A stretch of 64,000 bases of DNA, taken from an uncultured Collinsella sp. GTDB taxonomy: Bacteria > Actinomycetota > Coriobacteriia > Coriobacteriales > Coriobacteriaceae. The notes beneath the pieces are model-generated. The model saw nothing but the letters and a program-made list of their open reading frames with translations. It was not told the origin of the DNA and searched no databases. The translations under genes were made by a program, and so were the position numbers. Each line of letters opens with the position of its first letter. Position 1 is the stretch's first letter. The stretch is taken from contig CATXMO010000001.1 of the NCBI GenBank assembly GCA_958372075.1, forward strand, positions 68,797 through 132,796, read 5' to 3'. Below, in pieces: positions 49,320 through 58,032 of this stretch.

Positions 49320-50148
49320 TGATAGCCTCCTTATGGGCAGCGAAATCGGCGATGATCTGGGCATATTCCTCGTCGTTGGGCAGGTGATGATGCCAGGCGG
49401 CCTTGTCCTCCATAACCGGCGAGCCGTAGCCCTTCACCGTGTTGAGGATGATGACCGTGGGCTTTCCGCAGGTCTCGGCGGCCAACGTCAGTGCGGCATC
49501 GATGGCTTGGACGTCGTTGCCCGGAATGGAGAGCACGTTCCAGCCGAAGGCGGCCCAGCGCTCCTCCTGCGAATCCTGCTTCATGACGTCCTCGGTGCTG
49601 CCACTGATCTGCAGGCGGTTGCGGTCCACGAGCGCGCACAGGTTATCGAGCTGGTAGTTACCGCCGCTCATGGCGCCTTCCCAGACCGAGCCCTCGGCAA
49701 GCTCGCCGTCGCCCATAATGGTGTAGACGCGGTAGTCGCGGCCGTCCATCTTGCCGGCGAGTGCCATGCCCACGGCCACGGGCAGGCCGTGGCCCAGCGA
49801 GCCGGAGTTCATCTCGATGCCCTTGAGCTTGTTGTTGGGGTGACCGATGTAGGGGCTGCCGAACTTGGAGAAGCGGGCCTTGACGTCGTCGAGGTCCAGA
49901 TAGCCCTCGTGGCACAGCACCGCGTAGTAGGCCTCCATGGCGTGGCCCTTAGAGAGCACAAAGCGGTCACGGTTGGGGTCGTCGACGGTCTCGGGCGAAA
50001 TGTTGAGGTGGTTGGCATAGAGGGTCATGAGGGCGTCGATCACCGACATGTCGCCACCGATGTGGCCGCCGGCGCCGGCCATGATGATATCGACGCAATC
50101 GCGGCGAAGATCCCAACGCAGGGACTCAAGCTCTTCGATAGTTGCCAT
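49312..50148 (-). CDS. Transketolase, N-terminal (TPP-binding) subunit
   Basis: GDGELAEG thiamine-diphosphate-binding motif. 278 aa. Overlaps the downstream C-terminal subunit gene. Confidence 0.85.
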   Translation of the reverse strand: MATIEELESLRWDLRRDCVDIIMAGAGGHIGGDMSVIDALMTLYANHLNISPETVDDPNRDRFVLSKGHAMEAYYAVLCHEGYLDLDDVKARFSKFGSPYIGHPNNKLKGIEMNSGSLGHGLPVAVGMALAGKMDGRDYRVYTIMGDGELAEGSVWEGAMSGGNYQLDNLCALVDRNRLQISGSTEDVMKQDSQEERWAAFGWNVLSIPGNDVQAIDAALTLAAETCGKPTVIILNTVKGYGSPVMEDKAAWHHHLPNDEEYAQIIADFAAHKEAING

Positions 50149-50150
50149 TT

Positions 50151-51551
50151 CTACTCTCCTCGCAGGTAGGCTTTGACGTCTTCTTCAATCGGGTCGTACA
50201 AGTCGGGCTGGATGCCGATATACTTGCACGCCTCGTAGAGCACCGGCACCACGTTGGCGTGAATGGCGACGCAGTGGTGGATGTAGGGGCCCTCGACGAT
50301 CTTGGCCTCGAGGCGCTTGAGGTTGTCGACCTCAACCCACAGGTAGGTGCCCATGCCGGCCGGGCCGTCGATGCCGCGAGCGTTGCCCAGCAGCAGCGAA
50401 TACTCGCCGTTGTCGCCGTCAAAGCGGGCAAGGGTGAGGTCGCCGTGCTTGGCCTCGGCCGTCAGCGCGCCGGGGTGATCGAAAGCCAGCGGGTAGGTGA
50501 GCTTGGGCTTGACGGCCGCGCAGCTGCAGGGCCAAGGGCCGCAGTGCTGCAGCAGCTCGCCGTTCTCGTTATCGGGATGGCGCACGGTCCAGTCGGCGAA
50601 CATGCCGCGGTGACGGCCCAAGTCGGCGGCCTCGACCATCAGCGCGGTAATCGCACCGTGGATATCGGTCTCGCACACGACGGGGATACCCATCTCATTG
50701 AGGATGGCGTTGGCGGCGCAGGGCATAATGCCCAGCTCGTCCTGCAGAGCGTTCCAGCACTGGATGGCGCCGGCGTTGCAGCCGTACTTATCGACCAGGC
50801 GCTTCATGGCGATAGCGAGCCCTGCAACCGCGGGGACCTTGTCCTCGGGAATGCAGATCTCAAAGCTGTCGCGAATGTGGTCGAGCATGGCGGCCATGGC
50901 CTGCTCGTCGGTCTGGGCGTCGCGCACGGCCTGAACAAGCTCGGTCATGGGGATGGGCGAAAGCTGAATATTGAACTTCTCGAGCAGCTCGCCCTCGTTG
51001 CACATGGTGGACCAGAAGTCGAACGGACGGGTAGCCATCTGCAGGATGCGAGTGTGCTTGAAGGTCTTGACCACGTTGCACACGGCCAAGAAGTCCCAGA
51101 CGCCGCGCTCGAACTCGGGATCGGTTAGGCGGCAGTTGGTCATATAGGTAAAGGGAACCTGGAAGCGGCGCAGGACCTTGCCGGTGGCGAACAGGCCGCA
51201 CTGGCTATCGCGCAGGCGGGTGCCGTCGGGCTCGGGGCGCTCGTCGCGCGGGCCCCACAGCAGCACGGGCAGGCCGAGCTCACGGGCAAGACGGGCGCAA
51301 ACGTACTCGGTGCCAAAATTGGCGTGGCACAGCATGATGCCGTCGACGCCCTCGGCGCGGAACTTCTTGACGATAGGCTCGATATGGCTGTCGTCAAACA
51401 GCAGGCCCTCGTCGTTGATGTCGTCGATGTCCACAATGTCGACGCCGATCTCGCGCAGGCGATTGGCTGTCAGGCCGCGATACTTGATCGCGTCCGGCGC
51501 GCTAAAAATGCTGCGGCGCGTGGGCACAAAGCCGAGCTTGATCTTATCCAT
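50151..51551 (-). CDS. L-fucose/L-arabinose isomerase-family sugar isomerase
   Basis: 466 aa. FucI/AraA-like C-terminal domain pattern. First gene of the operon. Confidence 0.55.
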   Translation of the reverse strand: MDKIKLGFVPTRRSIFSAPDAIKYRGLTANRLREIGVDIVDIDDINDEGLLFDDSHIEPIVKKFRAEGVDGIMLCHANFGTEYVCARLARELGLPVLLWGPRDERPEPDGTRLRDSQCGLFATGKVLRRFQVPFTYMTNCRLTDPEFERGVWDFLAVCNVVKTFKHTRILQMATRPFDFWSTMCNEGELLEKFNIQLSPIPMTELVQAVRDAQTDEQAMAAMLDHIRDSFEICIPEDKVPAVAGLAIAMKRLVDKYGCNAGAIQCWNALQDELGIMPCAANAILNEMGIPVVCETDIHGAITALMVEAADLGRHRGMFADWTVRHPDNENGELLQHCGPWPCSCAAVKPKLTYPLAFDHPGALTAEAKHGDLTLARFDGDNGEYSLLLGNARGIDGPAGMGTYLWVEVDNLKRLEAKIVEGPYIHHCVAIHANVVPVLYEACKYIGIQPDLYDPIEEDVKAYLRGE

Positions 51552-51564
51552 ATACGTCCTCCCC

Positions 51565-51720
51565 TAGTCACATGTTCAGTAAACAGACGCGTGTTTCGTT
51601 TTGTTCTGTTTACTAAATGTTTTACTCTTCTGTTTAAAAGTTTAACGCGAAATACCCGCAAGCGGTAGAGAAATCAGCCTAAACGGTATGTAAACAAACT
51701 GAACATACAAGGAGAACAAA
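51565..51720. promoter_or_regulatory. Operon leader with TGTTTAC/GTAAACA operator-like repeats
   Basis: CAGTAAACAGACGCGTGTTTCG, CTGTTTACTAAATGTTTTAC and TGTAAACAAACTGAACATAC. The ends of the region form an inverted repeat (CATGTTCAGT ... ACTGAACATAC). An AAGGAG RBS precedes the isomerase gene. Confidence 0.45.
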
Positions 51721-51809
51721 AAGGGGGTCCCGAAAGACCCCCTTTTTGAATGGCGTTGTTTTTACTGCCCTCGCGCGCTTTGACGCGCCGCGAGCGATGC
51801 TGCCCTCGC

Positions 51810-52820
51810 CTAGATTTCGCGCACGCTCTGGCGCTCGACAAAATATGTCGATACGGCCGTCTTGCAGGTATAGCTCTTGGGATTGCGGATGTTGCCCACC
51901 AGGCGGCGCACCGCGATCTCGCCCACCTCGTGCTTGGGAACGTGCACCGTGGTGAGCGGCGGGTTGGAGAAGGCGCCCAGAGACAGGTCGTCAAAGCCGA
52001 TGATCGAGACGTCCTCTGGCACGCGCACGCCGTGTTCGCTCAGCGCGCGCATGGCGCCCACGGCGAGCACGTCGTTCTCGGCAAAGAAGGCCGTCGGCAG
52101 GTCGTCGCGCGAGATGCTGTCGAGCCACACGCCCATGTCGCGATAAGCGCCCTCGAGCGTGGTGCCCAGCGTGACGCGCCATGCCGGGTTGGCCTCAAGG
52201 CCCGCGTCCTCAAGTGCTTGGCGATAGCCGCGCTCGCGATCCTTAAAGTTGCGGATGCGAAGGTCGCCTGCTAGATAGCCAATTTGCTTGTGACCCTTTT
52301 CGATAAGGTAATCCACGGCACGCAGTACCGAATCGGTGTTGGCAATGACTACGGCATCAAAGTACTGACGGTCGCTCCAACCGTCGAGCACGATCAGGTG
52401 AGCGGCGGCGTTGGCGAACAAGGCGTAATCTTCCTCGCCCAGCTCGGTGCCCATCAGCACGATGGCGGCAGCCGGGTCGGCGATCAGGCCCTCGACCTGC
52501 GGGCGCACGGCGTTCAAGTCGCTAAAGTCGAGCGAGACAAAGCTCGTGCTCATGCCGTGGCGACGCGCCTGGCGCTCCACGCCCTCGATGACCGCGGGAT
52601 GGAAGGTGCTCTCGTCCAGGATGGCGCCCGTCTTGCGCGCAAGCACAAACTGAATGCTCTCGAGCTGCGTCGATTGCTGATAGCCAAGCGACTGCGCGCA
52701 CTCCAGGATGACCTTAGCGGTCTCCTCGCTCACGCTGCGCTTGCGGTTGAGCGCGTTGGACACGGTTGCGGGCGAAAAACCGGTGATGCGGCTGATCTCG
52801 CGAACACTTGCTTTGGCCAT
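51810..52820 (-). CDS. LacI-family transcriptional regulator
   Basis: N-terminal HTH ASVREISRITGFSPATVSNALNRKRSVSEETAKVIL plus a periplasmic-binding-protein-like sugar-binding domain. Start at MAKASV after an AGGGGGA RBS. Confidence 0.85.
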   Translation of the reverse strand: MAKASVREISRITGFSPATVSNALNRKRSVSEETAKVILECAQSLGYQQSTQLESIQFVLARKTGAILDESTFHPAVIEGVERQARRHGMSTSFVSLDFSDLNAVRPQVEGLIADPAAAIVLMGTELGEEDYALFANAAAHLIVLDGWSDRQYFDAVVIANTDSVLRAVDYLIEKGHKQIGYLAGDLRIRNFKDRERGYRQALEDAGLEANPAWRVTLGTTLEGAYRDMGVWLDSISRDDLPTAFFAENDVLAVGAMRALSEHGVRVPEDVSIIGFDDLSLGAFSNPPLTTVHVPKHEVGEIAVRRLVGNIRNPKSYTCKTAVSTYFVERQSVREI

Positions 52821-52983
52821 TGTTCCCCCTAGCAACGGCCGTGGCGGAGCATCGCGACTCGATGGCTCGGCAACTAAACGACCGCAAATTCAATCTAAAC
52901 AGAATAGTAAATGTTTATGAGCTAGTTTAGCCTGTTGTCAAGCAAAGCGGTACGACTATTCCCCCAACGGGCGCATTTGCTCG

Positions 52984-53098
52984 GTAGCTCATTTGGGACG
53001 GGGCTATTTTGACTACCTACGCATAGTTTTGGAGGCGGTGGGGGCAGACGCCAAGTAGCTAAAAAGCCCCGTCCCAAATCGACTACATGGGGCGGGGC
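52984..53098. repeat. GGGACGGGG-family hairpin pair. The distal copy acts as the minus-strand terminator of the nucleoside hydrolase gene
   Basis: CATTTGGGACGGGGCT (52990-53005) pairs with AGCCCCGTCCCAAATC (53064-53079). On the minus strand CCCCGCCCC...GGGACGGGG is followed by CTTTTTAGC. Confidence 0.5.
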
Positions 53099-53109
53099 TT
53101 AGGGGTCGT

Positions 53110-54084
53110 TTAGCCTAGGACGCGGGCCATGCGCGTCTTGAACTCGGTCAGGAAGCGCGGGGCGTCAACGGTCAACGCCACGAGCGCGCTCTTGTCCGGA
53201 TCGGACAGGCGGTGCTCATCGCAGATGGTGCGGCCGCGGTACTCACCCAGCAGGTCGACGCGCAAATTGCAGCCGAGCGCACCCACGAGTGTGGGGTCGA
53301 TCGCCACGGCAACAGCCAGGGGATCGTGCAGTGCGCAGCCGCCCAGGTAGGGCGCATTCATCTCGTACGAGCCAATGTAGTGCTCCACCATGCTCGCAAA
53401 TGCGCAGCCCGCCATGGTGCCCGAGCCCGTCCAGCCGGCAACGTCGCGGCGCGTGAGCACCACGCGATGCGTCACGTCCAGGCCCACCATGGTGAGCTTG
53501 CGGCCCGAGCGCAGCACGGCGTCGGCGGCCTCGGGGTCGCTTGCCATGTTGGCCTCGGCGCCCGCGCTCACGTTGCCGGGCACGGTCAGGGCGCCACCCA
53601 TCACCACCACGCGGCCAATAGACATCATCGCCGCCGTATCGCGCTCAAGGGCAAGTGCCAAGTTGGAGAGCGGACCGGTCGCCACGTAAACCAAATCGGG
53701 GCCATAGGTACGCGCGGCATCGATCAGATAATCGACCGCGGCATTGCCATCGGCCGACGTCGCCCCCACCGGCTCGTAGGGCGACGCAGGCACGCTCGCG
53801 CCGCCGATGCCGTTCTTGCCGTGGATGAGCGTGGTGGACGCCGGCGGCGTATAGGGCTCGGTCGCCTGCAAAGGACGGTCGGCACCCAGGTACACCGGCA
53901 CCTCGGGACGGCCCAACAGGTCGAGCACCGCCAGGCAGTTATGCGCCGATTGCTCGACGCGCACGTTGCCAAAGCACGTGGTAATGCCCACGAGCTCCAC
54001 CTCGGGGCTCGCGATGGCATAGGCAAGCGCCATCGCATCGTCCACACCCATATCCAGATCAAGGATCAGCTTCTTAATCGCCAT
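53110..54084 (-). CDS. Ribonucleoside hydrolase (inosine-uridine-preferring family)
   Basis: N-terminal DLDMGVDDAMAL aspartate cluster. 324 aa. Confidence 0.85.
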   Translation of the reverse strand: MAIKKLILDLDMGVDDAMALAYAIASPEVELVGITTCFGNVRVEQSAHNCLAVLDLLGRPEVPVYLGADRPLQATEPYTPPASTTLIHGKNGIGGASVPASPYEPVGATSADGNAAVDYLIDAARTYGPDLVYVATGPLSNLALALERDTAAMMSIGRVVVMGGALTVPGNVSAGAEANMASDPEAADAVLRSGRKLTMVGLDVTHRVVLTRRDVAGWTGSGTMAGCAFASMVEHYIGSYEMNAPYLGGCALHDPLAVAVAIDPTLVGALGCNLRVDLLGEYRGRTICDEHRLSDPDKSALVALTVDAPRFLTEFKTRMARVLG

Positions 54085-54111
54085 AGTTCTACTCCGCTTC
54101 TCCGTCTTGTA

Positions 54112-55083
54112 CTAATCGTCTAAACCAAACATACGCTCAACTTCGACGCGCGTGGGAATCGACTGCTGTGCGCCCAAACGTGACACCGTCACCGCCGAGG
54201 CACGGGCGCCGGCGGCCATGCACTCAAAGAGCGGCAGGCCCTCCAGGCGAGCCGCGGCAAGTGCACCGATAAACGTATCGCCCGCGGCCGTCGTATCGAC
54301 CACCGCGCACGAAAGTGCCGGCATGCGCAGCAGCTCGCCGTCGTCGCCGAGCGTAACCGATCCAGCGCCGCCCAACGTGATGACCGCAGCTGCGGCGCCC
54401 TTGGCGAGCAGGGCATTGAGCGCCGCGACACAGCTCGCATCATCCGCGGGCAGGATGCCCGTCAGCACCTGGCACTCGGTCTCGTTGGGGCAGACCAGGT
54501 CAACCGCCTCCCAGACATCTGCCGGCACGTCACTTGCCGGCGCCGGGTTAAAGACCGTATAGAACCCCAGCTCGTGAGCGCAAACAAGCGCCTCGGCCGT
54601 CGCCGCAAGGTCGCATTCGCCCTGGGCGATAAAGACGCTTCCGGCAGCCGGGGCAATCTCACTGGCGTCGCCGTCGGGCCCATCGGCCACCAGGCGCCTC
54701 AGCGCGCGGGCAACGTCCTCGCCCGCAAGCGCATGGTTGGCGCCCGGCGACAGCACGATGCGGTTGTCGCCCTCACAGCGAATGATGGTCGCCGTGCCCG
54801 TTTCCACGTCGTCACGATGCGCCACAAAATCGCAGTCCACGCCAGCGTCTTGGAGCCCTGTCACAAGCGACGCGCCAAACGCGTCACGGCCGACCGCGCC
54901 GATCATGCACGTGCGCGCGCCCATGCGCGCGGCCGCCACGACCTGGTTGGCGCCTTTGCCGCCGGCGTTGGCGATAAACCCGCTGCCGCCGACGGTCTCG
55001 CCCGCACGCGGCATGCGCTCACACGCCACCGATAGGTCCATGTTCATGCTGCCGAACACCGCAACGATGCCGCAATCTGCCAT
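54112..55083 (-). CDS. rbsK: Ribokinase
   Basis: PfkB signatures: N-terminal GSMNMD...GGKGANQ and C-terminal DTTAAGDTFIGAL. Confidence 0.88.
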   Translation of the reverse strand: MADCGIVAVFGSMNMDLSVACERMPRAGETVGGSGFIANAGGKGANQVVAAARMGARTCMIGAVGRDAFGASLVTGLQDAGVDCDFVAHRDDVETGTATIIRCEGDNRIVLSPGANHALAGEDVARALRRLVADGPDGDASEIAPAAGSVFIAQGECDLAATAEALVCAHELGFYTVFNPAPASDVPADVWEAVDLVCPNETECQVLTGILPADDASCVAALNALLAKGAAAAVITLGGAGSVTLGDDGELLRMPALSCAVVDTTAAGDTFIGALAAARLEGLPLFECMAAGARASAVTVSRLGAQQSIPTRVEVERMFGLDD

Positions 55084-55269
55084 GGAAACCTCCTCGTCCG
55101 CGGGCTCTGCACCCGCTGCCGGCCGTCAATCGTGCGCTCTCGCACCTCTATAACTTTAGTTCACTTTGATGTGGACGCGCGCTTGAGCCTGAGCCAGCAG
55201 CAAGCATTCACAGGAGCAGGCAGCTACAATGAAGGTGTGCTGATTATTCTCGTCATTGGATGATGCTAT

Positions 55270-57486
55270 ATGGAACAATTCCCGCAATCGAACTCGCGCA
55301 GCCGACGCCACGCGGGCGGCCAACAGGCGCCGCACGAACGTTCGCGCGCCAACCGCCAAACCACCGAAGCACGCCGCACTGCAGGCTCCCATCGCACGCC
55401 CGCCAACAAGGGCGCCCACGCCAGCAGCGCCGCAAAAGAGCAGACGCCCGCGCGCCCCAAATCTCGGTACATCCCCGCCCTCGACGGTCTGCGTACGCTC
55501 GCCGTCGTCGCAGTGGTGCTCTATCACCTCAACCTCACATGGGCACAGGGCGGCTTGCTTGGCGTCACGGTGTTCTTTGTGCTCTCGGGCTATCTGATCA
55601 CGCGCCTGCTTATCAACGAAATATCAAAGACTGGCCGCATCGACCTCAAGAGCTTCTGGATCCGCCGCATCCGCCGCCTGTTCCCCGCCGTGGTAACCGT
55701 CGTGGTGGTGACCTGCGCGCTGTGCACCGTCTTTAACCACGTGATGCTCACCAAAATGCGCCCCGACATCCTGCCGTCGCTACTGTTCGTTAATAACTGG
55801 TGGCAGATTCTGCAGGACGTTTCGTACTTTAACGCCTTGGGCGACCCTTCGCCGCTCACGCATTTTTGGTCGCTTGCCATCGAGGAACAGTTCTATCTAA
55901 TTTGGCCGCCGCTGCTGCTCGCCATGGTGTCTATGCATATGAGCAAGCCCAATACGCGCCGCGTGGTTCTGGTCCTCGCCGCCGTCTCCGCCATCGCCAT
56001 GATGGTGCTCTACAACCCCGCCACCGACCCCAGCCGCGTGTACTACGGCACCGACACCCGCGTGTTCTCGCTGCTGCTGGGCGCCTGGATGGCCTTTATC
56101 CCCGACCGCGACCTAGCGCCTGCGGGCCTTGTCCGCCATCTGGGGCTCGACCGACTGGCTGGCGCCGTCAAACGCGACAAGGACAAGACCAGTGAGCATG
56201 GTAAGGACAGTGGCAGCACGGCCGAAACCGAACAGGCCGCGTCGAGCGCACTCATGCGCTTTTGGTCCTCGCCCGCATCCATCGACCTGTTGGGCATTGT
56301 GGGTCTCCTCGGTCTTGCCGCCATGGTCGCGCTTACCAACGGCTATACCGCGTTTCAGTATCGCGGAGGTACGCTGCTGTGCTCTATCCTCACGCTGATG
56401 GTTATCGCGGCATGTGTGCAGCCCCAGGGCATGGTCGCACGGGCCTTGGCCGCCGAGCCGCTCGTATGGATCGGTAAGCGCTCCTACAGCATCTACCTGT
56501 GGCATTATCCGCTGCTGCTCCTCATGAACCCGGTCGCCAATATTAGCGACACGCCCTGGTGGCATTACATTTTGCAGGTACTGCTGGTGGTCGTCGCCGC
56601 CGAGTGCTCCTATCGCTTTATCGAGACGCCGTTTAGGAAGGGTGCTTTTGGGCGCACCGTTTCTGAGTTCCGCGACGGCACCACCACGCCCGCCGACTGG
56701 GTGCGCACGCATATTCCCACCTGCGCCGTTTGCGCCGTCGTACTTGTTGTGGCGTTGGGCGGCCTTGTCTTTGTGCCCGACACCTCCGCGCTGAGCGGCG
56801 AGGGCGCCGAAATCCTAAACAAGGAAGCTAAAAATACAAAGCCCCAGGACCAGCAGGCGGCCGACGACACCGATAAGGATGACGATGGCTTCCCCGATGG
56901 AGCCTACGACCTGTTAATGATCGGCGACTCCGTGTCGCTGCGCGCTGTCGATTCCTTTGACGGCGTGTTCCCCCACAGTCACATCGATGCCGAAAAGGGC
57001 CGCCAGTTCGATGCGGGCCGCACAACATTTGAGGCTTATCTCCAACAGAACCTCGCCGGCAAGATCGTAGTCTTTGCGCTGGGCACCAACGGCCTAGTGA
57101 CCGATGCCCAGATTGACGCCATCATGGCCGATGCCGGCGATCAGCGCACCGTCGTATTTGTAAACACGCGCAGCCCGCAGCCATGGGTCGGCGCCACCAA
57201 TCAGGCCATTGCCAACGCCGCCTCGCGCTATAAAAACGTTCGCGTTATCGACTGGTACGGATATAGCGCCAACCGCAACGATCTGTTCGACGGCGACGGC
57301 ACGCACCTTTCGAACGCGGGCGTGGCCGAGTACCTTAAGCTCATCCACGATGCCGTCAAGAAGGACCTGCCCGTGCATCCCGAGGATCACGTCAACGATC
57401 CGCAGCCGGCGGCCGTCAAGTCTGCCACCGACGCGCTCGTCAATGCGCTCGCTCTCAAGCCGCACAAGCTGGGCACCGACAAGTAA
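55270..57486 (+). CDS. Acyltransferase-3 (OatA-like O-acetyltransferase) with a C-terminal SGNH hydrolase domain
   Basis: AT3 membrane domain (LDGLRTLAVVAVVLYH, FFVLSGYLIT). The C-terminal region contains GDSVS. An ~80-aa Arg/Pro/Ala-rich N-terminal tail leaves the true start uncertain. Confidence 0.75.
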   Translation: MEQFPQSNSRSRRHAGGQQAPHERSRANRQTTEARRTAGSHRTPANKGAHASSAAKEQTPARPKSRYIPALDGLRTLAVVAVVLYHLNLTWAQGGLLGVTVFFVLSGYLITRLLINEISKTGRIDLKSFWIRRIRRLFPAVVTVVVVTCALCTVFNHVMLTKMRPDILPSLLFVNNWWQILQDVSYFNALGDPSPLTHFWSLAIEEQFYLIWPPLLLAMVSMHMSKPNTRRVVLVLAAVSAIAMMVLYNPATDPSRVYYGTDTRVFSLLLGAWMAFIPDRDLAPAGLVRHLGLDRLAGAVKRDKDKTSEHGKDSGSTAETEQAASSALMRFWSSPASIDLLGIVGLLGLAAMVALTNGYTAFQYRGGTLLCSILTLMVIAACVQPQGMVARALAAEPLVWIGKRSYSIYLWHYPLLLLMNPVANISDTPWWHYILQVLLVVVAAECSYRFIETPFRKGAFGRTVSEFRDGTTTPADWVRTHIPTCAVCAVVLVVALGGLVFVPDTSALSGEGAEILNKEAKNTKPQDQQAADDTDKDDDGFPDGAYDLLMIGDSVSLRAVDSFDGVFPHSHIDAEKGRQFDAGRTTFEAYLQQNLAGKIVVFALGTNGLVTDAQIDAIMADAGDQRTVVFVNTRSPQPWVGATNQAIANAASRYKNVRVIDWYGYSANRNDLFDGDGTHLSNAGVAEYLKLIHDAVKKDLPVHPEDHVNDPQPAAVKSATDALVNALALKPHKLGTDK

Positions 57487-57509
57487 CCTGCAGCGCAAAC
57501 TTCCCACAT

Positions 57510-57547
57510 CCGGAGGGGGTGCCTGCCACGGCAGGCACCCCCTCCGG
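57510..57547. repeat. Perfect 18-bp-stem hairpin downstream of the acyltransferase gene
   Basis: CCGGAGGGGGTGCCTGCC-ACG-GGCAGGCACCCCCTCCGG. No U-tract follows. Confidence 0.6.
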
Positions 57548-57553
57548 CAGTTA

Positions 57554-57596
57554 GGGACGTTCCTTATGTGCCGGCACCTAGGGACACTCCTGGCAC
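57554..57596. repeat. Reverse-complement copy of the GGAACGTCCC/GTGTCCC repeat module
   Basis: GGGACGTTCCTTATGTGCCGGCACCTAGGGACACTCCTGGCAC is the reverse complement of the module at 9067-9110. Confidence 0.65.
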
Positions 57597-57726
57597 AGCC
57601 GAGGAACGCCCTCCTTGCGACCGAATTCTGGGCGCCTCGCCACCCCGAGCGTTGTTTCCAAGCCCCACATCCGCAGCAAACAACCCAAAATCACTCTTTT
57701 CGAGCCGACTCCAAGAGGTCGTGGAC

Positions 57727-57938
57727 AAAAAGGGGCAAATATGAGTACTGTTACCATTTTAGTAGCAGGCAAAACCACCCAAAATGACGTCCGAGCGACC
57801 CCTACAACCCCCTAAAGCAGCCAACCTGACTGGTTTAAGACATATTGGAGCCAATTTTAATGAACATACTATCGGCTATGTCCATTATCTTCTTGGGTGT
57901 AAATGCTATTCACTTAGCAACAGTACTCATATTTGGCA
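57727..57938. mobile_element. AT-rich ~210-bp islet bounded by perfect 16-bp terminal inverted repeats (MITE-like)
   Basis: AAATATGAGTACTGTT (57728-57743) and AACAGTACTCATATTT (57919-57934). The interior is visibly AT-rich relative to the flanks. Contains small ORFs. Confidence 0.45.
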
Positions 57939-57964
57939 TTTTTTGTCCACTGCCATATAACTAA
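57860..57964 (+). CDS. Candidate 34-aa hydrophobic peptide (MNILSAMSIIFLGVNAIHLATVLIFGIFCPLPYN)
   Basis: ORF located within and at the 3' edge of the AT-rich islet (57727-57938). GGAG lies ~11 nt upstream. One predicted TM helix. Speculative. Confidence 0.2.
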   Translation: MNILSAMSIIFLGVNAIHLATVLIFGIFCPLPYN

Positions 57965-57974
57965 TGCCCTATAG

Positions 57975-58012
57975 CGGGCAAAAAACAGGCCGCAGTCCAT
58001 CGCTGCGGCCTG
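57975..58012 (-). terminator. Intrinsic terminator of mntH
   Basis: Minus strand: CAGGCCGCAG-CGATGGA-CTGCGGCCTG followed by TTTTTTGCC. Confidence 0.6.
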
Positions 58013-58032
58013 TTCGGAAGCAAAAGTGGGCG

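Noticed and set aside
53212-54123. 303-aa plus-strand ORF opposite the nucleoside hydrolase gene
   Set aside because: Antisense shadow ORF with an Arg/His/Gly-rich translation.
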